Part shown: positions 24,646 through 34,125 of the stretch, in pieces
Layout of the letters: each line of letters opens with the position of its first letter
Numbering within the stretch: position 1 is the stretch's first letter
Source of the DNA: Candidatus Moraniibacteriota bacterium
Lineage (GTDB): Bacteria; Patescibacteriota; Minisyncoccia; Moranbacterales; UBA1568
NCBI GenBank assembly: GCA_016182385.1
Contig: JACPGV010000002.1
Location: forward strand, 55,553-119,552
DNA: 64,000 nucleotides
Direction of reading: 5' to 3'
Translations under genes and position numbers: made by a program
Notes under the pieces: model-generated
Databases searched by the model: none
What the model was told of the DNA's origin: nothing
What the model saw: the letters and a program-made list of their open reading frames with translations, nothing else

Positions 24646-24823
24646 TCGTAAAATATTTACAATTTGAGGCGATAAGTTTCTGTTTTCAGGGCTGAAGAAG
24701 GCATCCCTCCTAGCTTTTTTTGGCTGAAATGTATGAAGTGATGATTTTTTCATCATTTTATCGCCTGAAGGCAGAAACTTACTGCCGCAATATTCCGCGC
24801 ATCTGAAAAGGCGCGGTTTTTTT
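24646..24823 (+). ncRNA. Free-standing ~175-nt three-way-junction small RNA with anti-SD-like loop
   Basis: Own promoter and terminator, no credible ORF. P1 24673-90/24764-81 (18 bp), P2 24691-702/24713-24 (12 bp, loop ATCCCTCCTA), P3 24734-44/24750-60 (11 bp). Confidence 0.75.
24795..24823 (+). terminator. Intrinsic terminator of the sRNA
   Basis: CCGCGC-10 nt-GCGCGG followed by T7. Confidence 0.75.
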
Positions 24824-24831
24824 ATGATGAA

Positions 24832-25377
24832 TTATGGATTGATGAGCCGAAGCACTTCTTCCTTGATGGTTGGAAAGAGAGCGGAAAGCGTAGTGTATTC
24901 ATCATTGGAAAAATCTTGAAGAACAAAATCGTGTATGGGTAGACAAGTGTCGGGAGTTTCTTTTGGACGACCGACACCAAGACGGATGCGATAGAAATGT
25001 TGACTGCCGATTTTATCAATAATATCTTGGACACCATTGTGGCCAGCGGCGCGCGATGAAGACGTTATCTTGTATGTTCCGAGCGGGATATCGATATCGT
25101 CGTGAAGTACGATGATGTCCGAGGAGGTGAGCTTATAAAAAGAAAGAAGTTTCAAAACCGCTTCACCGGAAGCGTTCATATACGTCAGGGGCTTGGCGAA
25201 AAGAATTTTTTCATGGAAGAGGGTGGTGCTTCCTATTTCGGCAGACATTTTTGTATCACGCGTAAGCGGCGCGTCACAAAGTGCGTCTCGAAGAAAATCA
25301 ATACAAAGAAATCCGGCATTGTGACGGGTGTGCTCATATGATTTTCCGGGATTACCAAGTCCGATAATGAGTTTCAT
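24832..25377 (-). CDS. pth: Peptidyl-tRNA hydrolase
   Basis: MKLIIGLGNPG..Y..TRHNAGF, KPLTYMN.SG, HDDID, GHNG. Confidence 0.97.
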   Translation of the reverse strand: MKLIIGLGNPGKSYEHTRHNAGFLCIDFLRDALCDAPLTRDTKMSAEIGSTTLFHEKILFAKPLTYMNASGEAVLKLLSFYKLTSSDIIVLHDDIDIPLGTYKITSSSRAAGHNGVQDIIDKIGSQHFYRIRLGVGRPKETPDTCLPIHDFVLQDFSNDEYTTLSALFPTIKEEVLRLINP

Positions 25378-25381
25378 AAAG

Positions 25382-26950
25382 TTAGCGAATATTATACTGA
25401 GAGGAAAAGGGTTCCTCAAGAAATATTTCTTCTTTTTCTTCTCGTAGGCCGAAAGTTTCCTCGAAATTTAAACTTTGACCGAGATTTTTCCCGATAACCA
25501 TGATGATATCTGACGTATCGCGATCGGGCAAAGAAGAATGAAGAGAAAGGGTCTGCTCGAGGGAAAACTTTTTCAGAAGAGCATCGATACTGAATGATTT
25601 TTGCGGAACACTTCTATCTGTAATCATACTCTGTTCTGGCTGGTTTTCCAAAATGCCGAGAAGAGTGATGTTTTCTTTTGCAAAACTGAGAGTTTCGATC
25701 ATAAAATCACGTATTTTTTTTGCCGCAAGGCTGTCTTCTTCGGCGTATAAAAGAGTAATGGTAGCATGTTCTTCCTCGATATTTTTTTGATTCATATTGC
25801 GCGTATCGAGATGAAAAATATTTTCATTCACCTCGCGGATTTCTTTCCAGTTGCCGGTACGGGGAACAAGAATGAAAGCGTTTATCGTTCCGACGGGAAC
25901 ATGGGAAACTCGGAGAAGACTTTCTTTTTTCCAAGCATCGACAACAAAGGAGGTGATGTTTTCTGTGTCGATTGTTTTGGCCAGACGGAGAAATTCTTCG
26001 ATATCTTCAAGGGTCATATCGGTAGTGACATTTTCCCCAAGGGTATTAAGAAGATCATTGACGGTAAAAACATTGAGAAAAGTACGTAAAGAGAAGGCTT
26101 TGTCCTTGACGGCTTGCAGAACTTGTTGTTGGCGTTTGGCGCGACCAAAATCTCCCTCTGGGTCGTCGTGTCGTTCTCGCACATATTTGAGGGTTGTGGC
26201 GCCGTCAAGAATATGCCAACCCTTTTTTAGAGAAAACGTTTCATAACTGTAATTTTTTCCGGGGTAACGCGTATCATAAAAATCTCTCTGTGCCTCAATG
26301 GCGATACCGCCAAGCGTATCAATTGTTTTTTCGAAACCGTCAAAATCAATCATGAAAAAATAGTGGAGAGGTTGCCCGATAATGTGTTCGATAGAAGAGC
26401 GTACGATATGTAATTCGCCGCCTTCACGGAGATCATATTGATAGAGCGCGTTTACTTTTGTGGAAAGGTTTGTATTTTGTATGGGAACGTAGAGGTCGCG
26501 AGGGAGAGAAAGGAGGGCCACTTTTTTTGTATGGGTATCAATACTCATAATCATAACGGTATCGGTAAGATTTTTCCCTGGATAGCGCTCGCCCGCTCTT
26601 CCGAGAAGAAGAATATTGATACGACCGTCTTTTTCGCCTCGTAAAAGAAAATCTTCTCCATCAACAAAAGAAACAGCCAGACGTTTGAGATCGGAAAGAA
26701 GCGATGGTCGAGCAGTATTTTGAAATTGGATATGGTGTCCTATAAAAAGGCTTTTCCCGAAAAGAAAGAAGAAGGTAAAAATGAAAAGAAAAAGTAGTAT
26801 ACTGGCGCCTCCAAGAAAAAAGCGAGTTTGTTTTTTCGTTGGCGTAACGGATGTTTTGGTGCGCGCGGGAAGGTTTTTTTGTACCGAAGAAGAAGGTTTT
26901 TCTTTGGGAAGATGAGGGGGAGTTTTTGGTACGCGGCGAATGCTATCCAT
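25382..26950 (-). CDS. LytR-CpsA-Psr (LCP) family glycopolymer transferase
   Basis: NILLLG, TDTVM, SLPRDL, K.NA.Y, F...ID.LGG, R.R....GDFGRAKRQQ. Confidence 0.93.
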   Translation of the reverse strand: MDSIRRVPKTPPHLPKEKPSSSVQKNLPARTKTSVTPTKKQTRFFLGGASILLFLFIFTFFFLFGKSLFIGHHIQFQNTARPSLLSDLKRLAVSFVDGEDFLLRGEKDGRINILLLGRAGERYPGKNLTDTVMIMSIDTHTKKVALLSLPRDLYVPIQNTNLSTKVNALYQYDLREGGELHIVRSSIEHIIGQPLHYFFMIDFDGFEKTIDTLGGIAIEAQRDFYDTRYPGKNYSYETFSLKKGWHILDGATTLKYVRERHDDPEGDFGRAKRQQQVLQAVKDKAFSLRTFLNVFTVNDLLNTLGENVTTDMTLEDIEEFLRLAKTIDTENITSFVVDAWKKESLLRVSHVPVGTINAFILVPRTGNWKEIREVNENIFHLDTRNMNQKNIEEEHATITLLYAEEDSLAAKKIRDFMIETLSFAKENITLLGILENQPEQSMITDRSVPQKSFSIDALLKKFSLEQTLSLHSSLPDRDTSDIIMVIGKNLGQSLNFEETFGLREEKEEIFLEEPFSSQYNIR

Positions 26951-27068
26951 ACGTTTTTTTCTTCAAGAGAGCCATTATTTCCCCTTGTCAGAGAGGGGAA
27001 AATCTGTTACAATGCGAGTGTTTTTTATTGGATGAAGGTTTATTTTTTGGTAAAAAATCGAATAAAGT

Positions 27069-27707
27069 ATGGCGATGGAATCGGAAGAGTCGCGAGAGGT
27101 TTTTGAGGGGGGGAAACAGGAGTATTTGAGCATAAAAGGGCTCTTCTTTGAGATGATTAAAGTGTTCTTGTTGGCCGTGGTCATTATTATACCTGTTCGG
27201 ATATTTTTGTTCCAGCCGTTTTTTGTAGAGGGCTCAAGTATGGAACCGAATTTTGAGGACGGGCAGTACCTTATTGTTAGTGAATTGGGGTACAAAGAAA
27301 CCGATGTGCGTTTTTTACAGGGTGTCGGTTTTACCGTGGAGACTTTCAAAACTATCAAAAGACAGGATGTCGCTGTTTTCCGTAACCCGAAAAACACCGA
27401 TCAATTTTTTATTAAACGAGTTATTGCTCTTCCGGAAGAGACGGTTGCTATTGAAAAGGGAAGGATCGTTATTTATAATACCGAACATCCATCAGGTATG
27501 GTGCTTGATGAGAGCGGGTATCTTGTTTCGGGGACAAAAACATCCGACATGCCAAAAATAACGCTTGATGAGGATGAGTATTTTGTGTTAGGAGACAATC
27601 GTTCTCATAGTTATGATTCTCGAGCAGTGGGGCCGATTTCCAAGGATAAGATTATTGGGCGCGTGCTTTTGCGAGCGTGGCCCGTCGATCAATTTTCAAT
27701 ATATTAA
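27069..27707 (+). CDS. lepB: Signal peptidase I
   Basis: GSSMEP, FIKRVIALP, GDNRSHSYDSR..G. Confidence 0.96.
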   Translation: MAMESEESREVFEGGKQEYLSIKGLFFEMIKVFLLAVVIIIPVRIFLFQPFFVEGSSMEPNFEDGQYLIVSELGYKETDVRFLQGVGFTVETFKTIKRQDVAVFRNPKNTDQFFIKRVIALPEETVAIEKGRIVIYNTEHPSGMVLDESGYLVSGTKTSDMPKITLDEDEYFVLGDNRSHSYDSRAVGPISKDKIIGRVLLRAWPVDQFSIY

Positions 27708-27737
27708 TTATTCGTAAACCATTAAGAAAAGAATGTT

Positions 27738-29162
27738 ATGGCACAGAAAATGAAAAAAGGAGTTGTTCGTGATTCAAAAAAGAAAACAACGAAAAAAACG
27801 GATGTTTCCAAGGTGTCAGTGACGAAAAAAACGGCGGTGAAAAAAACTCCTGTTGCCAACGTGTCTCAAGAAGAGGTTTTGTTGCAGGCGTTGCGTGGAA
27901 TGCGAGATATTTTGCCTGATGAACAACCGTATTGGGAACGGGTGCGCAAGGTACTTTCTCACGCGGCGCAAGAATATGGTTTTCAGCGTATTGATACACC
28001 GCTTGTAGAATTTGTACATTTGTTTACTCGTTCTATCGGCAACCAAACAGACATAGTGGAAAAGGAAATGTATACGTTTCAAACGAGAGGTGGTGATAAG
28101 GTCGCTCTTCGGCCGGAATTTACCGCCGGTATCGCGCGAGCATTCATTGAACATGGTATGGGCGTATTACCGAAGCCGGTAAAACTTTTTTCCGTGGGGC
28201 CGGTGTATCGATATGATCGTCCACAGGAAGGACGTTATCGAGAGTTTTGGCAGGGGAACTTTGATATGTTTGGCGAGAGTGACCCGATTCTCGATGCGCA
28301 GACGATTCAGCTTGCGTATCGTGTAGTGCAACAGCTCGGTCTTAAAAATATAGAATTTCAGGTAAACTCTATTGGTGTGCCGGATTCGCGTCGTGAGTAT
28401 ACGAAGGCACTTTTGCGTTATCTTGAGGCACAACGAGGAAAGCTCTGTCAAAATTGTCGCGATCGTTTGGTGACAAATCCGATGAGGGTGCTTGATTGCA
28501 AAGAAGATAAGTGTATTCAACTTACCACGCATGCCCCGCAGTCACTTGATTATCTTGATCAGGAATCACGTGATCATTTTAAACGCTTGCTTGAATATCT
28601 TGATGAGTTGGAATTGCCGTACACCATCAATACTCGGCTGGTGCGTGGTTTGGATTATTATACAAAGACGGTTTTTGAAATTTGGTCGAGTGATAAAGAG
28701 GGAAAGAAATATTCTCTGGGTGGCGGTGGACGCTATGATGGCCTTATTGAGAGTTTGGGAGGGGAGCCGACGCCGGCTATCGGTTTTGGATTGGGGCTTG
28801 ATCGTATTATTTTGGAGATGAAGCGGACACAAGTAAAGCCGTATCAAGAAGCGAAACCAAAAGTGTTTTTAGCGCAATTGGGCGATATGGCAAAGAAAAA
28901 AAGTTTACGGCTTTTTTCGGAGTTGGAAAAAAACGGTATTCTTCTCGCGGAAAGCTTTGGTCGCGGCAGTCTCAAATCTCAACTTCGTGTCGCTAATCGT
29001 CTTGGCGTGGAGGTAACCATTATCGTCGGACAGAAAGAAGCGCTTGATGATACGGCGATTCTGAAAGATATGGTTTCTGGCACACAAGAAACAGTGACGC
29101 ATGAGAGATTGGTGGATGCCGTGAAGAAGATTTTGAAATCAAATCAATTGTTACAAGGATAA
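27738..29162 (+). CDS. hisS: Histidine--tRNA ligase (Lys-rich N-terminal extension)
   Basis: RGMRD, LRPEFTA, YRYDRPQEGRYREF, LVRGLDYY, GGGRYD. Confidence 0.98.
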   Translation: MAQKMKKGVVRDSKKKTTKKTDVSKVSVTKKTAVKKTPVANVSQEEVLLQALRGMRDILPDEQPYWERVRKVLSHAAQEYGFQRIDTPLVEFVHLFTRSIGNQTDIVEKEMYTFQTRGGDKVALRPEFTAGIARAFIEHGMGVLPKPVKLFSVGPVYRYDRPQEGRYREFWQGNFDMFGESDPILDAQTIQLAYRVVQQLGLKNIEFQVNSIGVPDSRREYTKALLRYLEAQRGKLCQNCRDRLVTNPMRVLDCKEDKCIQLTTHAPQSLDYLDQESRDHFKRLLEYLDELELPYTINTRLVRGLDYYTKTVFEIWSSDKEGKKYSLGGGGRYDGLIESLGGEPTPAIGFGLGLDRIILEMKRTQVKPYQEAKPKVFLAQLGDMAKKKSLRLFSELEKNGILLAESFGRGSLKSQLRVANRLGVEVTIIVGQKEALDDTAILKDMVSGTQETVTHERLVDAVKKILKSNQLLQG

Positions 29163-29168
29163 CTTTTT

Positions 29169-29519
29169 ATGGAAGAAACTATTTTTCAAAAAATTATTCG
29201 TAAGGAGGTTCCTGCGGATGTTGTTTATGAGGACGAGGACGTCATGGCTTTTTACGATATTCATCCATTGGCGCCGGTGCATGTGCTTATTATTCCTAAA
29301 AAACGCATTGAGAGTATCGCGACCATGGAAAAAGAGGATATTGCGCTTGTCGGAAAAATGCTCTATGTGGCGCGCACAATAGCTTCGGACTTGCATATTG
29401 CCGATAAAGGGTATAAACTACTTACCCGGATTGGCAGAGACGGGGGACAAGAAATACCTCATTTGCACCTGCATCTTTTGGGCGGAGCCAAGCTTGTGGA
29501 GCGTATTTATCCGGAGTAA
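29169..29519 (+). CDS. HIT-family (HINT) nucleotide-binding protein
   Basis: IFQKII, DIHP.AP.HVLIIPK, GQEIPHLHLHLLGG. Confidence 0.95.
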   Translation: MEETIFQKIIRKEVPADVVYEDEDVMAFYDIHPLAPVHVLIIPKKRIESIATMEKEDIALVGKMLYVARTIASDLHIADKGYKLLTRIGRDGGQEIPHLHLHLLGGAKLVERIYPE

Positions 29520-29619
29520 GAGTTGAGTAAAAGATGTTTTTTTGGAAAACATCCGAATGATTTGAAGAGGGATTCGTATTGTTCGGATGTGGTTCATGAA
29601 AAGTATGAATCGCACAGGA

Positions 29620-29627
29620 AAGGAGGT
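29620..29627 (+). promoter_or_regulatory. Strong Shine-Dalgarno of rpsU
   Basis: AAGGAGGT, 8 nt upstream of ATG 29636. Confidence 0.8.
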
Positions 29628-29635
29628 CGTTTGAT

Positions 29636-29884
29636 ATGATACAAGTACGAAAAAAAGAACGAGAAACCGCTGAAAGCCTTATTCGGCGTTTTTCACGACG
29701 TGTTCAGCAAAGCGGTGTGTTGAAACAGGTGCGTAAGATGCGCTTTCGTCAGGAAGAAAAAAGTCGCGGAAAACGAAGAGACGAGGCCTTATATAAAGTA
29801 AAGATTCGTAAAGAAATCAATCGTCTGAAAAAACTCGGAAAATTTGATGAAGACGCTTTGCGCGACATCAAAAAGAGAATGTAA
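29636..29884 (+). CDS. rpsU: 30S ribosomal protein bS21 (extended C-terminus)
   Basis: E..ESLIRRFSR.VQQSGVL..VR..RF....S...RR..A. Conserved HIT-rpsU-yqeY neighbourhood. Confidence 0.88.
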   Translation: MIQVRKKERETAESLIRRFSRRVQQSGVLKQVRKMRFRQEEKSRGKRRDEALYKVKIRKEINRLKKLGKFDEDALRDIKKRM

Positions 29885-29890
29885 AGGAAG

Positions 29891-29919
29891 AACATCTCGC
29901 GAAAGCGGGATGTTTTTTT
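29891..29919 (+). terminator. Intrinsic terminator after rpsU
   Basis: ACATCTCGC-GAAA-GCGGGATGT followed by a T-tract. Confidence 0.85.
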
Positions 29920-29984
29920 GTGAGAGATGGTGTTTGTGCGGAGAGTTTGCTATGATGAAGAGGTTAATGATTATTGTGGATCTT

Positions 29985-30437
29985 ATGTCTCTTTATCAGA
30001 CGGTTGCTGATCACGTGAAAGAAGCCATGAAACAGGGCGATATTTTGCGCCGTGATACTTTGCGTATGCTTCAGAGTGCTATAAAAAATGTAGCTATTGA
30101 AAAACGCGTGCGGCCAGAAGAATTTACCGATGCTCAGGTGGAAGAAGTGATCCGTCGCCTCGTAAAACAAAGAAAGGATAGTATTGAGCAGTATACGACT
30201 GGGGGACGTACCGATCTTGTTGAAAAGGAGAGTGCGGAGCTCAACCTTCTTTCGACTTATTTACCGCAAGCGATGCCCGAAGAAGAATTACGATCTCTGG
30301 TCGCTGGTGTTTTGAACGAAACGGGTATTTCTGCAAAGGCTGAGATGGGACAGGCAATGGGCGCGGTAATGAAAAAGGTTTCCGGTCGCGCCTCGGGAGA
30401 TGATGTACGGAAGGTGGTAGAATCTTTGTTAAAGTAG
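29985..30437 (+). CDS. yqeY: GatB/YqeY domain protein
   Basis: KEAMK.GD..R..TLRML..AIKN, KQRKDSIEQY..GGR.DL, YLPQ, MG.AMG. Confidence 0.95.
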   Translation: MSLYQTVADHVKEAMKQGDILRRDTLRMLQSAIKNVAIEKRVRPEEFTDAQVEEVIRRLVKQRKDSIEQYTTGGRTDLVEKESAELNLLSTYLPQAMPEEELRSLVAGVLNETGISAKAEMGQAMGAVMKKVSGRASGDDVRKVVESLLK

Positions 30438-30438
30438 T

Positions 30439-30888
30439 ATGGCTGTTGTTTTGGAGTATACCGAAGAGGAAGCAGTTTCTCTTCCGAAAGAGTTTTTTGT
30501 CGCGGTGGTTGAACAGACGATACGAGACGCTTTTCTTCGCGAGATGAATCAAGAAGAAATACGAGTAAGTCTTGTCATGATGACAGAAGAAAACATGCGG
30601 CGATTGAATCGCACCTATCGCCAGAAAGATGCCGTTACGGATGTGCTTTCGTTTGGAGAATATACAAAGAAGATATTGAAAGAAAAGTTTTCGACCCCGA
30701 TATTTCTTGGAGAAATATTTTTTTGTCCGGCGTTTATCGAGAAAGCAGCCAAAGAAGATGGAGTGACCGTGAAGCGTGAAATGGCTTATATTGTTTCTCA
30801 CGGAGTACTGCATCTTTTGGGATTTGATCATGAAGAGGAAATGTTTGTTATTCAGGAAAGAGTAACTGATAAGATAGCCACTTTATAA
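30439..30888 (+). CDS. ybeY: rRNA maturation endoribonuclease YbeY
   Basis: LNR.YR.KD..TDVLSF, HGVLHLLGFDH. Confidence 0.96.
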   Translation: MAVVLEYTEEEAVSLPKEFFVAVVEQTIRDAFLREMNQEEIRVSLVMMTEENMRRLNRTYRQKDAVTDVLSFGEYTKKILKEKFSTPIFLGEIFFCPAFIEKAAKEDGVTVKREMAYIVSHGVLHLLGFDHEEEMFVIQERVTDKIATL

Positions 30889-30895
30889 ATTTTCT

Positions 30896-31258
30896 ATGGG
30901 AAGATTGACGCGAAGTTTTTTTTATGCCGTAAAAGGAGTTCTTTTCGCTTTACGGAACGAAAAAAATTTTCAAATTGAAATGGCGGCTGGTGTGTTTGCG
31001 TGTTTTCTTATGATATTTTTTCCTCTCTCCGGTCTTGAGCGAGCTCTTATTTTATTGTCGATTGTTTTGGTGTTGACTTTGGAGCTTGCCAACACGGCCC
31101 TTGAGCGAGTAATGGATATTTTGAAACCGCGTATTCATCCTTACGCGCGTGTTATAAAAGACGTGATGGCCGGATCGGTTCTCTTGGCTTCGCTTGCGGC
31201 ACTCGCTATTGGCATCGCAATTTTTCTTCCCTATGTGGCGAACTTCTTTCGTTCCTGA
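30896..31258 (+). CDS. dgkA: Diacylglycerol/undecaprenol kinase
   Basis: SF.YA..G......E.NF, ELANTALE...D, KD..AG.VL. Confidence 0.92.
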   Translation: MGRLTRSFFYAVKGVLFALRNEKNFQIEMAAGVFACFLMIFFPLSGLERALILLSIVLVLTLELANTALERVMDILKPRIHPYARVIKDVMAGSVLLASLAALAIGIAIFLPYVANFFRS

Positions 31259-31356
31259 TCCCTCTTTGCTTTTGGAATAATTCGGGGTATAATAAAAAGT
31301 GCAAAGCTTCGCTGGTGAGAAGCTTGGTCTTCTTTTTTACTTTTTCGATTTTATTT

Positions 31357-32616
31357 ATGTCAAAAGGTCGATGTTATGTTGGTTTAGATATCGGTTCTTC
31401 GGAAATTCGGGCGGTTATCGCTCAAGAGGTTTCCGGTGAAGAGACACTGCGTGTCGTCGGGGTAGGATCTGCCCCTTCTTCGGGTATGCGTAAGGGCGTG
31501 GTGGTGGATGCTGAAGGCGTTGCAAAAACGTGTAATATTGCTCTGGAACAGGCTGAGCGCATGGCTGGACATGCGGCTGAACATGTTGTTGTGAGTTTGA
31601 GTGGAACAGAAATCGTTTGTCAGGATGCTTCCGGAGTGGTTGCCGTAGGTCGTGCCGACAGTGAGGTTGTCGAGGATGATGTGGCAAGAGCCAATGAAGA
31701 GGTGCATGCGCGTTTTCCTTTGCCTTTGAATAGGGAAATTATTCATGTTATTCCCAAAGAATATCGACTTGATGATCAAAAAAATATAAAAAATCCGATT
31801 GGTATGAGAGGTGTGCGTCTTGAGGTGAGCGCTCTCGTTATCAGTGGAAGTACGGTCCATTTGAAAAATATTACTCGTAGCCTTGAATTGGCGGGAACAA
31901 ACGCGGAAAGTTTTGTCGTTGAGCCTCTCGCCTGCGCGGAAGCTGTGCTTAGCGCGAGACAGAAAGAATTGGGAACGGTATTGGTAAATATCGGAGGAAG
32001 CACGACATCCATAGCTGTCTTTGAAGATGGTGATCTTTTGCATCTTTCTGTTTTTCCGGTGGGAAGTACGCATATTACCAATGATATTGCTATTGGTTTG
32101 CGAACTTCGATCGAAGTGGCGGAGTCGGTTAAATTACAGTTTGGTAGTGCCCTGCCGGAAGAAATTCACAAAAAAGAGGAAATAGACCTTTCGTTGTTTG
32201 ATGCTCAAGACGACGCAATTGTTTCTCGTCGACATGTGGCAGAAATTATTGAGGCACGTTTTGACGAAATTCTTTCTTATGTGAATGCAGAACTGAAGAC
32301 GATCGGTCGTGAAGGATTACTTCCTGGAGGTGTTGTTTTTTGTGGTGGTGGCGCGCTCTTGCCCGGAGCGATTGAGAGAGCAAAAAAAACATTGCGACTG
32401 CCTGTTCAAATCGGATATCCCAAGACTTTGGGGGGTATTCTTGATCAGGTGGATACTCCGCAGTTTGCCACCGTGATCGGTTTGTTGCTTTTGGCACAGT
32501 CGAATCATTCGAACAGGCAATCTTTTACTGCCCAGAAGGCGCTTGCCATTGTCCCTGAAGGGGTGCATACTGTAATAGGAAAGATAAAACAGTGGTCAAA
32601 GCAATTTTTGCCCTGA
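31357..32616 (+). CDS. ftsA: Cell division protein FtsA
   Basis: GLDIGSS, G.RKGVVVD, P.GMRGVRLE, HITNDIA.GL, GGGA.L.G. Confidence 0.97.
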   Translation: MSKGRCYVGLDIGSSEIRAVIAQEVSGEETLRVVGVGSAPSSGMRKGVVVDAEGVAKTCNIALEQAERMAGHAAEHVVVSLSGTEIVCQDASGVVAVGRADSEVVEDDVARANEEVHARFPLPLNREIIHVIPKEYRLDDQKNIKNPIGMRGVRLEVSALVISGSTVHLKNITRSLELAGTNAESFVVEPLACAEAVLSARQKELGTVLVNIGGSTTSIAVFEDGDLLHLSVFPVGSTHITNDIAIGLRTSIEVAESVKLQFGSALPEEIHKKEEIDLSLFDAQDDAIVSRRHVAEIIEARFDEILSYVNAELKTIGREGLLPGGVVFCGGGALLPGAIERAKKTLRLPVQIGYPKTLGGILDQVDTPQFATVIGLLLLAQSNHSNRQSFTAQKALAIVPEGVHTVIGKIKQWSKQFLP

Positions 32617-32809
32617 ATCTCTCCTTTCATATAAAAACAAAACATCCTTTAAAATCCGGTTTTTTGCCGTTTTTTTCTTTGTCTTGACACTGTTTCTTTC
32701 GGTGTGATACATTGAGATTTCAGAAACTTTTTCCTTTGGGTAAGGGTTTCGGGAAAAATAAAACGATTGTTTGACTGTTTATTTAATCAAATTATCTTTC
32801 AGGGGATAT

Positions 32810-34045
32810 ATGGCCGAAATCAAACCCGATATTGAAACGTTTGCAAAAATAAAGGTGGTAGGTGTTGGCGGTTCTGGTAATAACGCTATTTCACGAATGA
32901 TTGATGCCAAGATAAAGGGTGTTGAGTTCGTGGCTATTAATACTGATGCTCAGGCACTGCATCATTCCAAGGCGCAGGAAAAGGTACATATTGGAAAAAA
33001 TTTGACGAAGGGTCTTGGCGCGGGAATGAATCCGGAAATTGGTCGTCAGGCAGCAGAAGAGAATCGTGATGAAATCCAGGAGGTGTTGAAGGGAGCCGAT
33101 ATGGTTTTTGTTTCTTGTGGTCTTGGTGGAGGAACCGGTTCTGGCGCCGCGCCTATTGTCGCAGAAACCGCTAAAGAACTCGGCGCTCTTACGGTGGGCG
33201 TGGTCACAAAACCATTTGCTTTTGAAGGGTCTCAGCGTCGTGCTATCGCTGAAGAGGCTTTAGAAAATTTGAAAGATCGTGTTGATACTCTTATCACCAT
33301 ACCGAATGATAAATTGCTTTCCATCATTGATCGTAAGACAACGCTGGTGAATGCTTTTCGTATCGTTGATGATGTCTTGCGACAAGGCGTGCAGGGTATT
33401 TCGGATCTTATTACCAAGCCGGGTATCGTCAACGTCGACTTTGCTGATGTGCGAGCTATTATGGAAGATAGCGGAAGCGCGCTCATGGGTATTGGTATTG
33501 CCGCCGGAGATAATCGCGCAATGGAAGCGGCGAAAGCAGCCATCAATAGCCCGCTTCTTGAGCTTTCGATTGACGGAGCCAAGGGTGTTCTTTTCAATAT
33601 TTCCGGTTCAAGTGATTTGACGATGCTCGAAATCAATGAGGCGGCGAGTATTATTACCGAAAATATCGATCCGAACGCCAAAGTTATCTTTGGTGCCGTG
33701 ACGGATGATCAGATTCGTAAAGGCGAGATTCAGATTACGGTTGTTGCTACGGGTTTTGATGTGGCCCGCGTTAAAGAGCCATCCATCGGTCTTATCAATC
33801 GCGCTCCGTCTCAATCGAATAAACCACGCCTTACTTCGTCGACACCTGTGGAAGAAAAGAGGCGAACGGAAGAGGCGGTTGTTGAGGAGTTTGATTTTTC
33901 CAGTCGTAAGATAGAACAGCCGGCGATGATCATTGAGGAAAAAATTCAACCGCGTAGTGTCAGTCCACGAAGCGAATCCAAAGAACTTGTAGAGGATGAA
34001 GATTTGGAAATTCCTGCCTTTATCAGACGGAAAATGAAAAAATAA
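32810..34045 (+). CDS. ftsZ: Cell division protein FtsZ
   Basis: GGGTGSG, NVDFAD, C-terminal EIPAFIR. TTGACA at 32684 upstream. Confidence 0.99.
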   Translation: MAEIKPDIETFAKIKVVGVGGSGNNAISRMIDAKIKGVEFVAINTDAQALHHSKAQEKVHIGKNLTKGLGAGMNPEIGRQAAEENRDEIQEVLKGADMVFVSCGLGGGTGSGAAPIVAETAKELGALTVGVVTKPFAFEGSQRRAIAEEALENLKDRVDTLITIPNDKLLSIIDRKTTLVNAFRIVDDVLRQGVQGISDLITKPGIVNVDFADVRAIMEDSGSALMGIGIAAGDNRAMEAAKAAINSPLLELSIDGAKGVLFNISGSSDLTMLEINEAASIITENIDPNAKVIFGAVTDDQIRKGEIQITVVATGFDVARVKEPSIGLINRAPSQSNKPRLTSSTPVEEKRRTEEAVVEEFDFSSRKIEQPAMIIEEKIQPRSVSPRSESKELVEDEDLEIPAFIRRKMKK

Positions 34046-34125
34046 TGGAAATGTACAGGGAGGGGCGATAAGCCCCTTTTCGTTTGGGGAGGATTTTGAT
34101 ACAGTAAGAACAAAGAGAAATACGT

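Noticed and set aside
24729-24806. 25-codon ORF (MYEVMIFSS...) inside the sRNA
   Set aside because: It has no SD, is buried in stable helices, runs into the terminator stem and has no recognisable features.
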